A DNA stretch of 48,644 bases from the NCBI GenBank assembly GCA_900617105.1, contig UYFQ01000342.1, positions 1 to 48,644 of the forward strand. Direction: 5' to 3'. This DNA is from Hydrurus foetidus. Lineage: Eukaryota. The notes under the pieces are model-generated. The model worked only from the letters and a program-made list of their open reading frames with translations, was not told the origin of the DNA and did not search any database. Shown here piece by piece: positions 42,601 through 48,644 of the stretch (its first letter is position 1; each line of letters opens with the position of its first letter). The translations under genes were made by a program, and so were the position numbers.

Positions 42601-45600
42601 AACGCCTGCATCTACTATCCGCCTCTCTAGCTCTCTTTCCTCGCCTCACCTCAACCTAACTAAATCCGATTCAACCTAGCACATCTACGGAGGCTTCTAC
42701 CGCATCAACTCATCATCCATTGTGATTTCGATTTTCCCTACGGTTGATGCTTCGCTAGACATTGTCTGTAAAACGAACTCGCGCGACATTTAAAGAGCAA
42801 TGTTTGTTTCTTCAACCGGTAATTATTGGCGATTATCAATTAATGTGCAGGTGGATCTGATTGTGTTTTTCGAGTCAATAAAGTCTCCCATACGCACTGT
42901 GCAGCGCATGGGCAGGACAGGGAGGTAAGACTCTCTCTCCTCTCCTCGTATCTTATCGTATCGTATCATGTCATATCCCTCCTCTGCCCTCAACATGAAC
43001 AGTATGAAGGCTCTAATGGGAAGTGAATCTGTGTCATGCCGTATTTATATGACGTAACATGACATGACATGACATGACATGATATGATATGACATGACGT
43101 AACATGACATAACATGACATGACATGATATGACATGACAGAGTGCCTCATCGTCAACTATGTTACCTACATGTTGTATTTTATATTGTCACTGAAGGCAG
43201 CACTTCAACTCATTACACATCATCACACTTTATCTCATCGCATCTTATCTCATCACATCGCATCATATCATATCTCATCATATCTCATCACATCGCATCA
43301 TATCATATCTCATCATATCTCATCACATCGCATCATATCATATCTCATCACATCTCACCGCACCATGTCATGCGACACTCCAGGCTTGGCCATTCTTTGC
43401 CTCCCAATATTTCTTTCCTATTCCCCCTAATCATTCATTACATTCCCGATATCAAAGGAAGCGGAATGGACGAGTGCTCATCCTCACGACTGACAGCAAA
43501 GACGAAGACAAGATACTGAAGACCAGTACCACCGCAGGCATCATCAGCAAGGCTCTGAGAGAGCCCTTGAAGCACTTAAAGTAAGATACACCACTTCATC
43601 TGAGTTGCTACTTTGTACAACACTACACTATATTACACTGTACTACACTGTGCCACGCTGTACTACACTACACTACACCACATTGCACTACACTACACTG
43701 CACTATACCACACTACACTACGCTGTACTGCACTACACTACACTGCACTACACCACACTACACTACGCTGTACTGCACTACACTACACTGAACTACATTA
43801 TACTATACTATACTATACTATACTATACTATACTATACTATACTATACTATACTATACTATACTATACTATACTATACTATACTATACTATACTATACTA
43901 TACTATACTATACTATACTATACTATACTATACTATACTATACTATACTATACTATACTATACTATACTATACTATACTATACCATACTATACCATACCA
44001 TACCATACCATACCATACCATACTATACCATACTATACCATACCATACCATACTATACTATACTATACTATACCATATTATACCATACCATACTATACCA
44101 TACTATACATACCATACTATACTATACTATACTATACTATACTATACTATACTATACTATACTATACTATATAACACCATATTGTACTGTACCATATCAT
44201 ACCAGCCTGCACTGCACTGCACTGCACTCTGCTTACGACATTGCGCTTTGCTTTATTCCACCAGCTGCTGTCTAGAATCATCAAACTTTCTAACTGAAGG
44301 GTAAAGATATCTTCCTCTGTTGCAGACTATTCGTCATTCCACAGGACAGCAAGGGACCCTGTCTACACCTGCCCTGCTCATCCCGAGTTACCATGGTGCA
44401 GAAGCGGCTCGAGATCAAGGAGTTCCACATGAGCCAGATAAGCAGCAACCCGACGACTAAGCCCTTGCGGGTCAGTGCACTACTCCTCTCAACTGTAACC
44501 CATTCCCTCCCTCCCTCCCTCCCTCCCCCTCCCTCCCTTTCTGATTTCCCTCCTTTCTGAGCCTTTCTCATGAACTTATTGACTTTTGAACTCCAGATGT
44601 CCAAGACGTCTGTTCCTCTCGCGAGACCCCCAGGCAGCATGCACGATTTTTTCGCACCCCATAGAGAAGGAATCGCAGACAGAGATAAGGAGAGGGACAG
44701 AGAGAGGGAGAGGGAGAGCTACATGGGTGTGGACAGGGATGAGAAGTTCTTTGAAGAAGAAGACTCCTCTGCCCTCTCCCACTCCCTCCCCCACTCAACA
44801 AACATGCCCTCCTCCTTCTTCTCCTCCTCGTTGCAAGGGGAACACCACCAGCATCACGGCCATCAAGGTAATCAGAATCACGGCTACACTAGAGACCATG
44901 TCGATGTCTACCGCAACTATGACTATGACTGCGACTCGAAGATTGATGAGAACGGGTACGGACAGGAACAAGGACAAGGGGGCAACAGTCCACACCTTTC
45001 CAGACACAGTTCATCAGCTGTCATTAGCGACATGGGTTATTCCAGAAGTGAAGAAAATAGTAGAATCAACTGGTACGCTCATTCCGGTAATGACACCGAA
45101 AGCAACCGGAGAAACGGAATCGTTGGCCGGACCACACACCGTGATGGTGATAGCATGGCTGCACGTGCATCCAGTAATCCTAACCCCAACCCGTCTACGT
45201 CCTGTTCCTCTAGATCGTATGTCCTGTGTCCGGGAGACAGACAGTTATTGACGGACCAAACAACTGGGGTAATCTCTTCTTCAGGCTGGTCAGGCCATTC
45301 CTCTGCTCAGAACTTCGTGAGGGTCGGAGAATGGAGAGGGGAGGGGGGAGGGAAAGGGATAGGGGAGGGGGCTGTGTATCTGGACGAAGAGGGGGGCATG
45401 AGGACCAATCCCTCTAGAGCAGCACGCAGATCCCCCATAGGGACCAAACCTGATCGACTCAGTGATGCATGCAGACCAATCAATCTCAGTGTCAGTTCCA
45501 GTGTTCTTTCATGGGGTGACTGGCCTGAAGAGCTGGAGGGGTTAGGGGGCAACGTCAGCGTTCCTCCTTCCGCTCCCGATGATTACGGACGGGAAGACGA

Positions 45601-48600
45601 TGTTGATATTGACCCTAAGGGGAGTGATTACAACCGCCAAGAGGGGGGTGAGGGAGAGGGTGGCTCGGACCAACACTGCAGCAGCAGCAGCAGTAGACCC
45701 AGCAGCAGTGGACTCAAGATCGATGATTGGAACCACAGCCGCACAGACAGCAGAGTGACTCCCAGTATGTCGCATCTCAATGCACACCACATGCAAGCAG
45801 CAGTGCCATTCCTCAAGTCTTCAGTTGGATCCGGCCACTCTAATAGCGTGAACCCTTCCTCTTCATCTGCTGTGCCTCACCCACGAGTAGAAGTCAGATC
45901 CACAGATAGTCGATTCAGTCCTCTTATCGCACCATCGCACACTGCTGCTCCCTCGTACAATAATGCGGATGCGTGTGTGCGCAGTGGAGCAGATATCATG
46001 CGCTATACTGTGCATGAAGATCCTGCCTCTGCCCTACCTCCACCTCAGTCCTCTGCGTCTCTCCAATTGACCACAGTACCGGTACCAGTACCACTAGTGA
46101 GGCCCCTTCATCCTGTCTATTCCGATCCTGTCTACTACGACTCCGACTCCAACACCAACACAATTCCATCTGCAAACCCTCTCACCGTCTCAGAACCAAC
46201 AGAGAACATTTCCGTGAACAGCGCGCACAGAAAATACTTCAGCGCTGAGTACGAGGCTATGCGAGAAAGGATGGCGACCAAGAGGGTGAAGAGAGGGACG
46301 GAGAGAGCAAAGGAGAGAGAGCAAGCTGGTTCCTTGAGGATGTTTCGCTGCTCCGACCCTGAGAGAGTCATCTCCTGTGGGAGAATAGTTGTCGGTGCAA
46401 TTGGACCAATCACCAACATGGCACACAACTCGGATTCCCTCTCAGAAAAAAGTGACCCTCAACTTGAAGTTGACGTTGAAGCTGGAGATAGTACCACAGT
46501 CCAGCCAGCACCCCCTGGAGGTATTTTGGATAATGTGCAGCATCGCATTGCTGTCGATGTCGATGTGTATCCTCCATCAGCTACGGGCAGTGGAGAGGAT
46601 CTAGACTTGTTCAGGAGGGAATCTATCACTCTACACTCCTCATCCTTCCATTTTGTCCCTGCCGCGCAGTCTAAAAGGATTTCATCTCTCATCACTGCAC
46701 TCACTGTGAGACGTCGTTGTGGTAGATATCATCACTCTACCAACGGAGCTCCATCCACCTCCAACTCCAACTCTGTGCTCTCCTCCCACCCACCGCTTCG
46801 CACTAATTTAGAAACGATACGATCGAAGACATCAACACTCGTAACCCTGAGATACACCCCAAGGGTGCCATCAATGGAGATGGAGAAGGAGAGGGAGATG
46901 CACACATACACCCCAAGGGTGCCATCAATGGAGATGGAGAAGGAGAGGGAGATGCACACATACACCCCAAGGGTGCCATCAATGGAGATGGAGAAGGAGA
47001 GGGAGATGCACACATACACCCCAAGGGTGCCATCAATGGAGAGGGAGAAGGAGAGGGAGATGCACACATACACCCCAAGGGTGCCATCAATGGAGAGGGA
47101 GAAGGAGAGGGAGAGGGAGAAGGAGAGGGAGATGCACACATACACCCCAAGGGTGCCATCAATGGAGATGGAGAAGGAGAGGGAGAGGGAGATGCACACA
47201 TACACCCCAAGGGTGCCATCAATGGAGATGGAGAAGGAGAGGGAGATGCACACATACACCCCAAGGGTGCCATCAATGGAGATGGAGAGGGAGAGGGAGA
47301 GGGAGAGGGAGAAGGAGAGGGAGATGCACACATACACCCCAAGGGTGTCATCAATGGAGAGGGAGAGGGAGAGGGAGATGGAGATGGAGATGGAGAGGGA
47401 GATGCGCACAGACGCATCGCTTGCCTTGTCACTATCTAACGGAGGAACTACAACTAGTAGAAGTGAGCACGTTGTCTTCTCCGCGTTCACTTTACCGCCA
47501 CTGCACGTACAGCGGTACCCCCTCCCATCAGCAGCCTCCTTCTTGCTGCCCGGTGCCCTCAGCTCCGATGAAGAAGATAACCAGGAGGAGGATGAGGACG
47601 AAAAGAAAGGAGAAAGGGAAGAGATTAAAGAGAGCGCACCGCCAGTCCATCCCAGTGGCCAGCTCTTGACATCCCATCAGCGGTATCCGGGTTCCACTGA
47701 AGCTGTACGCCAGGACCAAGGAGTACACGTGCAGAGTGAAGCTACCCTTGCAGTTAATCAGCACCCCATCAGCCATGCCCCTCGAAATGACGCACTTTCA
47801 CTGCCTGTGGGTGCGAAGAATGTTCCCGACACTGATAGTGATAGTGACCCGTCACACAGCTTCACTAGGAACAGCTACAACAACAACAGTAGCAGCAATA
47901 ATGGTAGCAGCAGCAGTAATTCTCTTACGGCAAGTCGCCACAAGGAGACATGCCGGTCTCCTGAGGAGCCAACATTCACCGCTGCTTCATACTTCTACTC
48001 CTCTCGTCCATCTCCATCTCCATCTCCATCTCCATCTTCTCCTCGCAAGAAGCCATCGGGAGGACTTCGACAGGCACAGACACTTGCAGAAAAGAGGGAC
48101 GCTGCCTTCTGTCTTCTTGACTCTTCTCCCTCTCCTTCTCCTTCTTCCTCCCCTCCCTCTTCATCGAGATACAGTGAGTATGTGACGTATAACTACAACA
48201 CTACTCCTGACGGTACTGCAGACTGGGAACAAGGAAAGGGAAAAGACCGAGTAAAAGAGAAGGAAAAGGACCATTACCAACATCAGGGGTCAGATGGCAC
48301 AGACAGAGACAAGAACAAGGACAGGGACGAGACACCACCTGCGAGCATCTGCAGTGTGACATTCGACAGATACAAGTACAACGCTAGTCACGAAAGTCTG
48401 CCCATCGTCATCAACAAACATGAACCCCTTAAGGGGATAAGGGGGACCAGCAGAGATCAGAGAGCGATGAGTCTGAGTGTGAGTGTGAGTGTGGAGGGCA
48501 GAGACGGACACATACGCACTAAGCCACCTACTGGTCGCTCGAACTACCTCCATACGGCAAGAGATAGCACCAATGGTGCAGGAGAAAAATCTCCGGGCAT

Positions 48601-48644
48601 CGGCATCAGCACCAACAGGGTAACAAAGCGAATGGGAGAGGATT
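38260..48644 (+). CDS. FANCM: FANCM/Mph1-like DEAH helicase, multi-exon, 3' incomplete. Approximate exons: 38260-38739, 38861-38947, 39128-39268, 39444-39553, 41025-41187, 41353-41491, 41674-41799, 42073-42176, 42501-42572, 42851-42924, 43458-43580, 44326-44471, 44597->48644
   Basis: [66 protein letters not shown] and [12 protein letters not shown]. The start codon and middle exon borders are less certain. Confidence 0.92.
40070..40632 (+). repeat. Intronic compound pentanucleotide microsatellite (GATAG)n-(ATTGA)n-(GATAG/GATGG)n
   Basis: Directly visible. Confidence 0.97.
43048..43370 (+). repeat. Intronic degenerate pentamer repeats (GACAT)n and (CATAT/CATCG/CATCT)n
   Basis: Directly visible. 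Confidence 0.85.
43618..44172 (+). repeat. Intronic pentanucleotide microsatellite (TACAC)n-(TACTA)n-(TACCA)n
   Basis: Directly visible. Confidence 0.97.
46853..47405 (+). repeat. Coding minisatellite, 9 units of 54-78 bp
   Basis: Core TACACCCCAAGGGTGCCATCAATGGA plus variable GAGATG/GAGAAG/GAGAGG hexamers; encodes YTPRVPSME(M/R/K-E)nMHT. Confidence 0.92.

Noticed and set aside
46853..47405. Repeat-spacer-like pattern resembling a CRISPR array
   Set aside because: The spacers are just GAGA(T/A/G)G hexamer runs, not unique sequences. The array is in frame in a eukaryotic exon and no cas genes are present.
46732..47490. Minus-strand repetitive ORFs ([33 protein letters not shown])
   Set aside because: They are antisense shadows of the coding minisatellite in the plus-strand exon.

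Overview
Eukaryotic genomic DNA with spliceosomal introns. A stramenopile or other algal protist is inferred from the CoDi-like Copia elements and gene style, but this is not proven. About two thirds of the window is nested transposable elements. (i) A decayed Ty1/Copia element (C1, 4291-14454) carries two chromodomain-type Ty3/Gypsy insertions (G1 partial, 1-4290; G2 complete, 5379-12153). (ii) A decayed Gypsy (G3) lies inside a CACGGG-ended inverted-repeat element. (iii) A PIF/Harbinger-superfamily (Pangu-like) DNA transposon (23826-38022, AGT target duplication) contains a palindromic MITE inserted into its own left TIR, a Copia (C2) inside that MITE, and a Gypsy (G4) in its transposase. 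Host genes are an MFSD5/MOT2-like transporter, a coiled-coil hypothetical gene and a FANCM/Mph1-like helicase that runs off the right end. The most notable observation is that none of the five retroelements with a visible 5' LTR junction has a tRNA primer-binding site. Both Copia elements have an 11-nt PBS complementary to their own LTR, with compensatory changes (Tf1-like self-priming in a Copia). All three Gypsy elements have a covarying 12-bp palindrome at the PBS position. G1, G2 and G4 also share a frame-changing intron at the gag/protease boundary, and G2, G3 and G4 share a conserved 3' UTR hairpin. All coordinates and alignments were done by eye.
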